Below, in pieces: positions 15,878 through 25,175 of a stretch of DNA of 39,128 nt. The DNA is taken from the NCBI GenBank assembly GCA_002427325.1, contig DIQS01000033.1, positions 37,396 to 76,523 of the forward strand, read 5' to 3'. The notes beneath the pieces are model-generated. The model was not told where the DNA came from and did not search any database. It was given only the letters and a program-made list of their open reading frames with translations. Source of the stretch: Cloacimonetes bacterium UBA5456 (GTDB taxonomy: Bacteria; Cloacimonadota; Cloacimonadia; Cloacimonadales; Cloacimonadaceae). Positions within the stretch are counted from its first letter, which is position 1. Each line of letters starts with the position of its first letter. Position numbers and translations under genes: made by a program.

Positions 15878-16831
15878 TTAATCTACCTTAACTATTCTGT
15901 AATATCGGTTGTTAAGCCTGTCATATTCGCTCCAAACTGCATCCGGCGGAGTGGATTCGAGAATCTGGGCGACTCCGGTCACTTGCGCATCGAGGTTGTC
16001 GCAATTGTGGAGCAAGACGGCTTCGAGAGTCTGCGGCAGGCGCACCGAGGCTTTTTCATATTCTCCGTGATGAGAAAGGATTAGGTGACGAAGATTGAGG
16101 AGGAGGTCTTCGGGGAACCCGGGAATCTGGGTAGCAGCGGCGACCACCATGTTGTCCGCCAAGCTGAGATGCCCCACCAATCTGCCGATATCGGTGAATT
16201 CGAAAGAGGCTTCACCGGCATATTCCTCAACCTTGCCCATATCGTGGAAGATCGCACCGCAGATCATCAAGTCCAAAGACACGGGGTAAATCGTTGCGCA
16301 ATATTCACATAGCCCTGCAACGGCAATGGTGTGTTCGATGAGTCCGCTGCGATAGTTGTGGTGCCAGCCTTTTGCTGCCGGTGCAAAGAGAAACTTTTGG
16401 AAGAGCTCTTTGTCGTCGAAAATCACATGCAGGAGACGGTTGAGATGAGGATTTTCCACCTTATCGACAAAGTTCCAAAAGCGTTCCGCAAGGAAATCAG
16501 GCTCAAAACGGCTCTTGGCAAGGAAAAAGCTCATGTCATATTCGCTCTTATCCGCAAACCTTAGCCGCGTGACGGAAAGCTGTATTTGTCCTTTAAAATT
16601 AACCACTTGAGCTTGAATCTTAACCACGTCTCCTTGGTTAAAATCATTGGAGACCTTTGCGGCATCGCGCCAAATATTTGCAGTCACATTTCCGCTTCTA
16701 TCCTGCAATTTCATTCTGAGATACTGTCCGCCTTTTCCGTCTCGCAGTTCTTTCTCACTAACGAGGTAAAAGGCTGTAATTTCTTTGTTTTCGTGCTGAT
16801 ATAAGTCACTTACCGGGATGTGTTCATTCAT
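15878..16831 (-). CDS. OB-fold + HD-domain protein, 3'-5' exoribonuclease YhaM family-like
   Basis: 317 aa. The N-terminal OB-like segment is GGQYLRMKLQDRSGNVTANIWRD...VKIQAQVVNFKGQIQL. The HD domain has GLIEHTIAV...FHDMGK...SHHG. Confidence 0.8.
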   Translation of the reverse strand: MNEHIPVSDLYQHENKEITAFYLVSEKELRDGKGGQYLRMKLQDRSGNVTANIWRDAAKVSNDFNQGDVVKIQAQVVNFKGQIQLSVTRLRFADKSEYDMSFFLAKSRFEPDFLAERFWNFVDKVENPHLNRLLHVIFDDKELFQKFLFAPAAKGWHHNYRSGLIEHTIAVAGLCEYCATIYPVSLDLMICGAIFHDMGKVEEYAGEASFEFTDIGRLVGHLSLADNMVVAAATQIPGFPEDLLLNLRHLILSHHGEYEKASVRLPQTLEAVLLHNCDNLDAQVTGVAQILESTPPDAVWSEYDRLNNRYYRIVKVD

Positions 16832-16838
16832 AATATTT

Positions 16839-18704
16839 TCACTTTATAATGCTTAGTTTTTTAATGTCATATCTTCCGCCATCCTCTTCATATCTAATGA
16901 AATAGATGCCCGAGGAAGGGAATATTCTGCTGGATAGTTCCAGCGTGGATGACCTTTGTTTTTCTTCAAATATCTTCTGACCGCGCAGGTTATAGACAGT
17001 CACTCTGCCACCTTCTCCGTTGAGTTTGCAATTGAAATCCTGTTGACCGTAACCCGGATTGGGATAAATCTCAATGGCGACTTGCGGGGTCTCTTCTTCA
17101 TGCTCCGGCCCTTCGGACTCCATGCTAAAGTCTTTATAGCCAACATGATGGATCTTTCCGGTGCCACCTTGTTGCAGCCAATAATAGATGCGATAGTCGG
17201 AGGAATATCCATCATCGAGCCCAACTGTGCTGAAACTATAGCTTTTGCCGGCAGATTGGCCTTTGAGTATCTTGTGATTAATGGTGTCGGCACGGGCTAT
17301 CCATCTGCTAAGGATGTAATAATTTCCATCATCCTCTCTGGATAGATTAAATAATCCCACATGAAGCTTGGAATTGAGGACGGGGTTAGCGGCTTGTGTA
17401 TCAAATAGTTGAGTGTTATCGTTATCAAATCTTATCGTCACTTCTTTGCGTGCCGCGCTTTCCGAATCTACCAGATTGAGGGTGGACCTGCTGATGAAGC
17501 TGCGATATTTCGACAATCCATTTGTGGCATTTTGAAAGTTTTGTGAATATGCCGTATTGAGCCCTGTTATCAGCTTCTCGCCGACAATCATCGTGCGCGG
17601 TAAAGAATTGAATCGATAGTCGTTAAAGCGTTGTTGCGATGGGATATTGCCCGGTTCATCCGTGAGCAGCGGATAATATTCTATGGGATGCATTTTCTCT
17701 GATAAAATAGACTCTTGATAATATCTTATTGTGTTGGCATCCTGGCTGCGAACGAAGTTTTCCACCAAATATATGGGATATTCGTCCTGATAAACATTTA
17801 AATTAACGGTCTTTTTATTGTTTACAAGCAGCGTATCGTTCTCAACAAGAGAAGAGCTAATCTTCGCTTCTATACGAAGTTGAGTGGGTTCGCTCGGCAA
17901 AAGAAATGTTGCACTCGTCAGCTCGATATCGTGTTGGGTCTGTCCGAACAAATTTTGGGGAACGCTGAATTCAAGATTTTCATAACCGGTTTCGCCCGGG
18001 CGGCTGAAAATCAGGTTCAGCTTCGTGTCATAAGCCATCTGTTGGCTATGGTTATATACCTTTAAGACGGGATAAACTGGGTTGCCCGGAAGAATATCAC
18101 CTGCGAAGCTGATCTGCTCCAATTCCAAGCCGTCTTGCGGGAACACATAGTCTCCCAAAAGGCCAAAAAGCAGCTCCGCCGCAAATCCGTTTTGCTCAAA
18201 ATTTGTTAAGGTCTGGATGTCACCATATTCCTGCATGTAATAGCTGTGACTGCCTCCGCCCGCACTTGCAGCAACGAATTTATTGAGGATATTTGTTTGA
18301 TAATCAACGAAGAGCCACGCTGCTTCCGCACTATATTGAGTGTTAAAATGATGGTCGATGATGTGATCGTCAACAGTGATTGTCGCAAACTCTATGAGTG
18401 TGCCGGGCTCGCCGGCATTATCGCTATATAGCTGAATCATAGCATCATTGCCAATGCTCGGGAAATATAATCTTGCGCCGCGAGTGGTGAAATAGACCTC
18501 TGATACGGAGGAATATTTACTGCGAAAATCAAAGCGAACCGCCCAAGTTGAGGGGCCAAAAAAGTTGTAGTCTTCTGTGCCGCTGTGATGACGGAAATGA
18601 TATTCACGTTCGGGCGGAAAGACCTCCTCACCGCTGGAAGGATGATAGCCTATGCCAAATAAAAGGCCAAAAAGGAAGAAGGCTATGGGCAATATGCGCT
18701 TCAT
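16839..18704 (-). CDS. Secreted protein of unknown function with a type-A T9SS C-terminal sorting domain
   Basis: 621 aa. Signal peptide MKRILPIAFFLFGLLFGIG. The last ~80 aa (VAIEIYPNPGYG...VTVYNLRGQKIF...SGIYFIRYEE...KKLSIIK) match the Por/T9SS CTD pattern. The start overlaps the ribF stop by 4 nt. Confidence 0.8.
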   Translation of the reverse strand: MKRILPIAFFLFGLLFGIGYHPSSGEEVFPPEREYHFRHHSGTEDYNFFGPSTWAVRFDFRSKYSSVSEVYFTTRGARLYFPSIGNDAMIQLYSDNAGEPGTLIEFATITVDDHIIDHHFNTQYSAEAAWLFVDYQTNILNKFVAASAGGGSHSYYMQEYGDIQTLTNFEQNGFAAELLFGLLGDYVFPQDGLELEQISFAGDILPGNPVYPVLKVYNHSQQMAYDTKLNLIFSRPGETGYENLEFSVPQNLFGQTQHDIELTSATFLLPSEPTQLRIEAKISSSLVENDTLLVNNKKTVNLNVYQDEYPIYLVENFVRSQDANTIRYYQESILSEKMHPIEYYPLLTDEPGNIPSQQRFNDYRFNSLPRTMIVGEKLITGLNTAYSQNFQNATNGLSKYRSFISRSTLNLVDSESAARKEVTIRFDNDNTQLFDTQAANPVLNSKLHVGLFNLSREDDGNYYILSRWIARADTINHKILKGQSAGKSYSFSTVGLDDGYSSDYRIYYWLQQGGTGKIHHVGYKDFSMESEGPEHEEETPQVAIEIYPNPGYGQQDFNCKLNGEGGRVTVYNLRGQKIFEEKQRSSTLELSSRIFPSSGIYFIRYEEDGGRYDIKKLSIIK

Positions 18705-19594
18705 TGGCTCATCTCCCCAATCAGCTCTCGGGCATGAGCTAAGTCTTTGTTCATTGCACTTATCAGCTCATCTGTGTTGGCAAACATCTTCTCCTCCCGT
18801 AGGTATTTAATGAGTTCAACCTCAATCTCATCGCCGTAGAGATTTCCCTTAAAATCGATAAGGAAGGTTTCAATCTCTACGATTCCATGAGTTTTCACTG
18901 TGGGAGATTTGCCGATATTCGTCAAGCCAAAATATTTTCTGTCGCGAATCTCGCTAATCGTGAGATACAATCCCTCTTTGGGGATGAGCTGATAGGGATT
19001 GTTCAAAGCGATGTTTGCCGTGGGGAATCCGAAGTCCCTGCCCTTGCCGAGGCCTTGCACAACCTTGCCTAAGAGGCGATATCTGCGTCCTAAGAGCTCG
19101 TTTGCATCATCTATGCGCCCATCGGAAAGAGCTTGTCTAATCGTGCTGCTACTGACCGGTTTGCCTTCAAAAAGTAAAGGCGGGATATATTCCACGCGGT
19201 AGCCATATTGTTCGCTTTTGTGTTCCAAAAACTCTCTGTCTCCGCGTCTGCCGGCGCCGAAATGGCTGTCATAACCCACCACGATGACCTTGGGATGCCA
19301 TTTGTTTACAATGCTTTCTAAAAAGCCTTCGGCTGAAGTTGCGGCCAATTCCGGGGTGAACTTCATTAAATCTACTTCATCGATGCCAAGCCGCTCAAGC
19401 TCACGCTTTTTCACCGGTGAAGGACAAAGCAGCGGTGGAGCATTTGGGCTTTTCAAAGTGTAGGTGGGATGGTCATAAAAAGAGATGATAACGCTTTGCA
19501 TATCCAGTTCTTGCGCAATTTCCATCATACGCAAAATCAGGCTGCGGTGACCAAGGTGTATGCCGTCAAATGTGCCGATGCTGATCACGCTCAT
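18701..19594 (-). CDS. ribF: Bifunctional riboflavin kinase / FMN adenylyltransferase
   Basis: 297 aa. IGTFDGIHLGHRSLI is the nucleotidyltransferase motif. The C-terminal riboflavin-kinase block is GRDFGFPTANI...G.Y... Confidence 0.93.
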   Translation of the reverse strand: MSVISIGTFDGIHLGHRSLILRMMEIAQELDMQSVIISFYDHPTYTLKSPNAPPLLCPSPVKKRELERLGIDEVDLMKFTPELAATSAEGFLESIVNKWHPKVIVVGYDSHFGAGRRGDREFLEHKSEQYGYRVEYIPPLLFEGKPVSSSTIRQALSDGRIDDANELLGRRYRLLGKVVQGLGKGRDFGFPTANIALNNPYQLIPKEGLYLTISEIRDRKYFGLTNIGKSPTVKTHGIVEIETFLIDFKGNLYGDEIEVELIKYLREEKMFANTDELISAMNKDLAHARELIGEMSQ

Positions 19595-20481
19595 GCTCTG
19601 TTCTCCCGGTTGAAAACTAATTGGGGATAGATGAGTCCCTCACTGGCTTTTCCTATTGCTATCAGGGCTGAGGCTTCGTCAAAAAGTGCGTATTCTTGCT
19701 CTGGGAGGCCGCCGGAGATGTTTTGAAATTGCTCTTGGAAGCTTATCTTTCTGCCGCAGAATATGTCCTGAACTTGCTCGTCGTCTATCTTTAGAGCGGG
19801 CAAGTGTGAGATTATGCCGGCGGGATCAATGGTCTTTTCTCGCCAGTCTTCGCCTAATTGGTTCATCTTGTGTGCCTCGTTAACGCTGTGTTTGCCGATC
19901 ATCGTCCGCCGGAGGTTCAGCGTGTAGCCATCACAGCCCAAAAGCTCTGCAATGTATTCACTTAGCGAGCGTATATAGGTTCCTTTGGACACTCTTGCGC
20001 AATAGTGTAGGCAATTTTCTTCTTGTTTTAGGATTTCAAAATCGTGGATCTGGCTGAGGCGTGTGGGCATCTCGAGAACACTGCCCTCTCTGGCATATTT
20101 GTAGGCACGCTTGCCGTCAATCTTGATGGCGCTGTGTCTGGGGAGTTTGAGCTCTCTTTCACCTAAAACTCTCATCGGCAGTTCGGCAATGGTTTCTACG
20201 CTTATTTCGCTGAGCTTGCCTTGCTTAATCTCACCTTCAGGGTCTCCGGTATCGCTAAAATAGCCCAGTTTGATGCAAGCTTCGTAGGTCTTATCTTTTG
20301 CTTCGGCATATCTCAAGAGACGCGTGTATTGTCCGCCGGCGCAGATCATTAGCCCCGTTGCAAAAGGATCGAGCGTGCCGCCATGACCTATCTTTTTGAT
20401 CCCTGTGAGTTTTCTTAATTGCCTGATGAGGTTGAAAGACGAAGAGCCCTCATCTTTGTCTATGAGCAAAAAGAAATTCAT
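19591..20481 (-). CDS. truB: tRNA pseudouridine(55) synthase
   Basis: 296 aa. IGHGGTLDPFATGLM contains the catalytic Asp motif. There are 4-nt overlaps with both neighbours. Confidence 0.93.
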   Translation of the reverse strand: MNFFLLIDKDEGSSSFNLIRQLRKLTGIKKIGHGGTLDPFATGLMICAGGQYTRLLRYAEAKDKTYEACIKLGYFSDTGDPEGEIKQGKLSEISVETIAELPMRVLGERELKLPRHSAIKIDGKRAYKYAREGSVLEMPTRLSQIHDFEILKQEENCLHYCARVSKGTYIRSLSEYIAELLGCDGYTLNLRRTMIGKHSVNEAHKMNQLGEDWREKTIDPAGIISHLPALKIDDEQVQDIFCGRKISFQEQFQNISGGLPEQEYALFDEASALIAIGKASEGLIYPQLVFNRENRA

Positions 20482-21464
20482 GCTTCTTCCAGGGCTTTCT
20501 CAAACTCACTAAGAAGAGTTGCTTTGACCGCGTCAAGCTTGCCTTTCATGGTCAATCCCGATGCTTTGCGATGGCCTCCGCCGCCATATTTTGCGGCTAT
20601 CTCTTGAACGTTCAAGATGATGGAGCGCAGTGATACTTTCCAAACATCGGGCTTGATCTCTTGGCAATATATCACGCCGAGAGCCTCGGCTACTCCTTGA
20701 ACTTGGCGCACAACGCTCATCTTGTTTTCGGGGTCATAATCTAGCTCTTGAGCCAAAGCGTAGTCCGAAAAGAGGAAAAGCACGCGTCTATCAAGCTCCA
20801 TCGTGATCGTGGAAAGAGTGCGGCCGTTGTAGAGAATCTCACTGACTGAGCAATTGTGAAAGAACTCACGATTGAGCACATGTGGCTCGATCCCCTCATC
20901 GCAAAGCTTTGCCGCCAATTCAAATACCTCTTTCTTGCTGTTTGCATTCACGAAGTTATTTGTGTCGTTGAGGATGGAGACATAGGTGCAATTTGCCAGG
21001 AAGTTTCGCAAGTCAGGCTCATAGCTCATGATCTCGTTTTCAAAGAGTTGCCAGATCATGGCGCCCACGGAAACTTGCCAATAGTCAATGTGTAAGAGGT
21101 CGCCCTCTATGGGATTGTGTTCCAAAATGTGGTGGTCTATCACGGCGACATTCTCTGCCCTATCCACCAATGCACGGCGTGCGCCCAAGCGGTCATAACT
21201 GTTGCAATCCACGACAATTGTCGCATCAAACTGCATTTCATCTTCAAAGGGCAAAATCTTGGCTTTGTGCATGAGGAAATCATAGCGGGAGAGGTCTTCG
21301 CCATCGCTGATGATGGTGCTATCCAAACCCTTTTGCCAAAGGATTTCTTGCAGGGCAAAAAGGGCAACCATGCCGTCGCCATCGGAATTGACATGGGTAG
21401 TAAGAGCAATGCTCTCTGTCTTGCTGAGCAAGACAAAGAGCAAATTTGAAAAGCTGTTGTTCAT
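20478..21464 (-). CDS. DHH/DHHA1 family phosphoesterase (NrnA-like oligoribonuclease/pAp phosphatase)
   Basis: 328 aa. Motifs HVNSDGDGMVA, VVDCN, VIDHH and the DHHA1 motif GGGGHRKASG. Confidence 0.88.
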   Translation of the reverse strand: MNNSFSNLLFVLLSKTESIALTTHVNSDGDGMVALFALQEILWQKGLDSTIISDGEDLSRYDFLMHKAKILPFEDEMQFDATIVVDCNSYDRLGARRALVDRAENVAVIDHHILEHNPIEGDLLHIDYWQVSVGAMIWQLFENEIMSYEPDLRNFLANCTYVSILNDTNNFVNANSKKEVFELAAKLCDEGIEPHVLNREFFHNCSVSEILYNGRTLSTITMELDRRVLFLFSDYALAQELDYDPENKMSVVRQVQGVAEALGVIYCQEIKPDVWKVSLRSIILNVQEIAAKYGGGGHRKASGLTMKGKLDAVKATLLSEFEKALEEA

Positions 21465-21493
21465 GGTCTGATTGCTAAAAGAGGCTGTCCTGA

Positions 21494-21988
21494 TCAGATG
21501 AGATCAAGCTCGTCCTCGTCTTCATCATCCTCATAATCCTCGTAGTCGTAGTCTTCCTCTTCGTCTTCGAAATCAAAATAATCTTCATCATCTAAGTAAT
21601 CTTCGATATCGATGTCCGGATCATAGCCGTCATCATCATCGTCATAATCACTCTTGATGCGAGCGAGGAGGGCTTCAACCTTTGTTGCACGATCTTCCGT
21701 ATCGTCATAGTGGAAAGACAGTTCCGGGATTGTTCTCATTATCTTTGCTCCTGCAATTTGTTTTTTGAAAAAGCCGGATGACTTGGTCAGATTGTCTCTG
21801 ATCACTTCATGCTTTGCGGGATTGTTGTAGTGTGAAAAATATAGCTTCGCATAGCGTAGATCGCGAGAAAGAACCACTTCCGTGATCTGCACCCATTCAA
21901 GCTTGGGGTCATTCAATCTCTGGTTGAGAGTGATGTTAAAAAGCTTCTTGAGCTCATTCTGTAATCTGGGTATGCGATAGTTTTTCAT
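21494..21988 (-). CDS. rbfA: Ribosome-binding factor A with a ~50-aa poly-acidic C-terminal tail
   Basis: 164 aa. The RbfA core is R..RLQNELKK...ITEVVLSRDLRYAKLYFS. The tail is DYDDDDDGYDPDIDIEDYLDDEDYFDFEDEEEDYDYEDYEDDEDEDELDLI. The ATG shares 1 nt with the infB stop (TAATG). Confidence 0.9.
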   Translation of the reverse strand: MKNYRIPRLQNELKKLFNITLNQRLNDPKLEWVQITEVVLSRDLRYAKLYFSHYNNPAKHEVIRDNLTKSSGFFKKQIAGAKIMRTIPELSFHYDDTEDRATKVEALLARIKSDYDDDDDGYDPDIDIEDYLDDEDYFDFEDEEEDYDYEDYEDDEDEDELDLI

Positions 21989-24606
21989 TATAGTTTTTGG
22001 GCAATCTCGTGCTCAACATAGGCTTCGATCACGTCGCCTTCTTTCACGTCGTTGTAGTTCACAAAGGAAAGGCCGCATTCTGTGCCTGCACGCACTTCCT
22101 TGACGTCGTTTTGATAGTGTTTCAATGAGCTGAGCTTGTCTTCGGCGATGAGCACATCATTTCTATAGATGCGAGCAAGACAGTCGCGCTGAATACTGCC
22201 ACGATCCACATGACAGCCGGCAACCACGCCCACACCTTTGATCTTGAACACTTGTTTCACCGTTGCAGAACCGATGCTCTGCTCTTCGATGATGGGCGCA
22301 AGCATGCCTTCGAGAGCATGTTTAATATCCTCAATTGCATCATAGATAATCTGATAGAGCTTGATCTGAATCCCTTCATCCTCGGCGAGTTTGCGAGCTT
22401 GTTGGCCCGCACGAACGTGGAATCCGATGATGATCGCATCACTGGCGGCTGCCAAGGATACGTCTGTCTCACTGATTCCGCCCACGCCTTTGTGAACGAT
22501 ATTGACCGCTACTTCATCCGTGGATATCTTTTGCAAGCTGTCTGCGAGTGCTTCCGTGCTACCGTCTGTATCGGTTTTGAGGATCACGTTGAGGGTGTTG
22601 ATCTGCTCTTCTTTGATCCTGGCAAAGATGTTTTGCAAGCTCGATTTGTTTTGATATTTCTCGCGTTCATGACGTATCTGCAACCTCTCGGAAGAGATGG
22701 AGCGCGCTGTTCTTTCGCTATCTACTTGGTTCAATACGTCGCCTGCTTTGGGCGTATCGCTGAGACCATAGACTCTTGCCACATCGCTGGGACCAAGCTC
22801 AAGGATCTCCAAGCCGCGCTCGTTTTCCATGCGCCTGATGCGTCCATGAACCGCTCCGCAGACGATGATATCGCCTTTCTTGAGCGTTCCCTGCTGCATA
22901 AGAATCGTAGCCGCAGAGCCCATGCGAGAGTCTTTTTGAGCTTCCACAACGATTGCTTCGGCGGGAACTCGACGCTTTGCTTTAAGATCCATCATTTCGG
23001 CAGTGAGCAAGATCAGCTCTATGAGATTGAGGATTCCTTCGCCGGTGACCGTAGAAGTCTTTGCCCAAGGAATGTCTCCACCCCATTGTTCGAGATATAC
23101 TCCGGCTTCCAAAAGCTCGGCGATAGTCTTGTCTATATTAGTCTCAGGAAGGTCAACCTTGTTGATCGCAACGATCAAGGAAACCCCTGCAGCCTTAGCG
23201 TGGTCAATCGCCTCTTTGGTCTGCTGTTTCACTCCCTCGGTTCCGGCGACAACGATGATTGCGATATCCGTCACGTTTGCTCCGCGAGCTCTCATAGCCG
23301 TGAAAGCTTCGTGCCCGGGGGTATCCAAGAAAGTGATCTTATGTTTATTGATTTCAATCTGATATGCGCCGATATGCTGAGTGATGCCGCCTGATTCGCC
23401 GGCAACAATGTTTTCATTGCGAATATAGTCCAAGATGGAAGTTTTGCCGTGGTCAACGTGCCCCATAATCGTCACAACGGGAGGGCGCGGCTCTTCTTCG
23501 ATGTCGGCATATTGCTCCATTTCATGCTCAATGATGTCTGTGCCATATTCGTCTTCAAAGCGGAATTCAACGCCAAACTCGTCGCAGATCATCTCCAAGG
23601 AATCACGGTCGAGACGCTGGTTCATCGTCACTAATTGTCCCATCATAAAGAACTTCGAGATGATCTCACTGGCGGCAACGTTCATGATCTTGGCAAGCTC
23701 GGAAACGGAGGTAAACTCACGGATGATAATCTCTTGGCTGCGGTCTATAACGGTCTGAGCTTCGCGATGATGGCGTTTGCGTCTGCCCGTTTTCTGCATC
23801 ACTTTTCTAATGCTGCGAGAGATTGCCGCCTCATCAGCTTCGGTGATGTCCACACTTTTGCCTTTAGATTTCTTTTGAGCTACGCCTTTCTTGGGCTTAA
23901 CTTTGTCGCCAAGTTCGTCTGGTCTTTGCTTTACTTTGCCAAACTTCTTGTCAATTTCCGGCTTATCCGGAATTGGCAAAGGTGGAGGAGGAGGCGGTGT
24001 TGTAGGCTGTTCTGCAACCGTCCGAGTTCTGGGTTTACGCGGTTTTTCGGGAGCCTTTGGTTTGGCTTCTTTGGGTTTAATCTCCGGAGTTGCTTGCTGA
24101 TATGGCACCCTGATATCGAGATTTTCACGATGTTTGAGAGCTTCCTCGCGAGCTTTTGCTTCCTGTTCTTCGAGATATGTGGGCAATCCATCGACAGTTT
24201 TCTCTTCCAAAGCGGGCTCTTTTGGCTCAGTTTTGTCAGGCTTTGCTACTTTCTTTGGCTCTGCTTTTTTACTCTCTTTCTTGACTTCTTTCTTGCTCTC
24301 AGCCGCGGCATCCGGCTTGGCTTCTTCTTTCTTCAAAGCAGCCTTGGCCTCTTCCTGTTTTGCGGCAGCTTTGGCTTCATCTTTTTTGGCCTGCTGACGC
24401 ATCTCTAAAAACTTCTTACGATCCCGCTCGGCTCTTATTTCGGCATCAATTTGCTCGTTATATTTCTCGCGGATCTTATCTGCCACATCTGCTTCGATGA
24501 AGCTCATATGACTTTTCACGATAACGCCAAGATCCGTCAAATGCTTTATCAGAGCTTTTGTACTTATCTTGAGTTCCTTGGCTAATTCATGTACTCTTAC
24601 TTGCAA
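21988..24606 (-). CDS. infB: Translation initiation factor IF-2
   Basis: 872 aa with a TTG start. N terminus VRVHELAKELKISTKALIKHL, followed by a K/E/A/P-rich region. The GTPase has GHVDHGKTS, DTPGHEAF and NKVD. Confidence 0.96.
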   Translation of the reverse strand: MQVRVHELAKELKISTKALIKHLTDLGVIVKSHMSFIEADVADKIREKYNEQIDAEIRAERDRKKFLEMRQQAKKDEAKAAAKQEEAKAALKKEEAKPDAAAESKKEVKKESKKAEPKKVAKPDKTEPKEPALEEKTVDGLPTYLEEQEAKAREEALKHRENLDIRVPYQQATPEIKPKEAKPKAPEKPRKPRTRTVAEQPTTPPPPPPLPIPDKPEIDKKFGKVKQRPDELGDKVKPKKGVAQKKSKGKSVDITEADEAAISRSIRKVMQKTGRRKRHHREAQTVIDRSQEIIIREFTSVSELAKIMNVAASEIISKFFMMGQLVTMNQRLDRDSLEMICDEFGVEFRFEDEYGTDIIEHEMEQYADIEEEPRPPVVTIMGHVDHGKTSILDYIRNENIVAGESGGITQHIGAYQIEINKHKITFLDTPGHEAFTAMRARGANVTDIAIIVVAGTEGVKQQTKEAIDHAKAAGVSLIVAINKVDLPETNIDKTIAELLEAGVYLEQWGGDIPWAKTSTVTGEGILNLIELILLTAEMMDLKAKRRVPAEAIVVEAQKDSRMGSAATILMQQGTLKKGDIIVCGAVHGRIRRMENERGLEILELGPSDVARVYGLSDTPKAGDVLNQVDSERTARSISSERLQIRHEREKYQNKSSLQNIFARIKEEQINTLNVILKTDTDGSTEALADSLQKISTDEVAVNIVHKGVGGISETDVSLAAASDAIIIGFHVRAGQQARKLAEDEGIQIKLYQIIYDAIEDIKHALEGMLAPIIEEQSIGSATVKQVFKIKGVGVVAGCHVDRGSIQRDCLARIYRNDVLIAEDKLSSLKHYQNDVKEVRAGTECGLSFVNYNDVKEGDVIEAYVEHEIAQKL

Positions 24607-24944
24607 GGTTCCTCCACATCACCGAAATAGTGCTTGGCTATTCCGGCGGCAAAATTTTTGTCGCAGATACCAAAGATGCCGGTATTTGAAAGTCCTAAGG
24701 CGAGGCTGATCTCTTCCTTGGTGCCGCCATCGATGAAAGCTATGGCTTTGCCGGTCTTTTCAAGCTCGTGCTTGATCCTATCTTTGCTGCGTTGAGCCGC
24801 ATCTGATGCGACAACAATGGTGTGAATGTGTCCACGATGCATAGCCCTGATACAGGCTTCACTTCCTGCTTCGAGCTTTCCTGCCTTCCTGGCAAGCTGC
24901 ATCAAATTCAATATACGGGGATTAAGCGCACATTCTTGTCTCAC
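24597..24944 (-). CDS. ylxQ: L7Ae/L30e-family RNA-binding protein YlxQ-like
   Basis: 115 aa. LMQLARKAGKLEAGSEACIRAMHRGHIHTIVVASDAAQ matches the YlxQ pattern. The position between ylxR and infB is canonical. Confidence 0.85.
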   Translation of the reverse strand: MRQECALNPRILNLMQLARKAGKLEAGSEACIRAMHRGHIHTIVVASDAAQRSKDRIKHELEKTGKAIAFIDGGTKEEISLALGLSNTGIFGICDKNFAAGIAKHYFGDVEEPCK

Positions 24945-25174
24945 TTTTTCCCCCTGAGTTTAAGTCTTCTTTTCTGCCATTTAGAAAGAGCTGAAATGCA
25001 GCTCTCATCGAGGCAAACATAATGCTTTCTACAAGGCAGTATCCTCTTGGGATCAAAGCAGATGCCCCCATCTTGGCTAATGAAGCTCATCAGCCTGTCT
25101 TGAGCCATGCGGCTGCGACACACCACACAGGTGCGAATGGGCGTATGTCCGGCATTACTGCTTTTATTTGGCAT
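24941..25174 (-). CDS. ylxR: YlxR/RnpM family (DUF448) RNA-binding protein
   Basis: I prefer the ATG at 25174 (MPNKSSNAGHTPIRTCVVCRSRM...). The conserved RTCVVCR motif is near the N terminus. The longer track ORF (to 25312) would overlap the nusA 3' end by 137 nt. Confidence 0.8.
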   Translation of the reverse strand: MPNKSSNAGHTPIRTCVVCRSRMAQDRLMSFISQDGGICFDPKRILPCRKHYVCLDESCISALSKWQKRRLKLRGKK

Positions 25175-25175
25175 C

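Noticed and set aside
22210-24408. Long plus-strand ORFs (394 aa at 22210-23394, 257 aa at 23635-24408, and several shorter ones) opposite infB
   Set aside because: They lie antisense to a gene with unmistakable IF-2 motifs. Their translations are low-complexity (F/L/S/C/R-rich), without recognisable domains or SD sites. They are typical shadow ORFs of a codon-biased gene.
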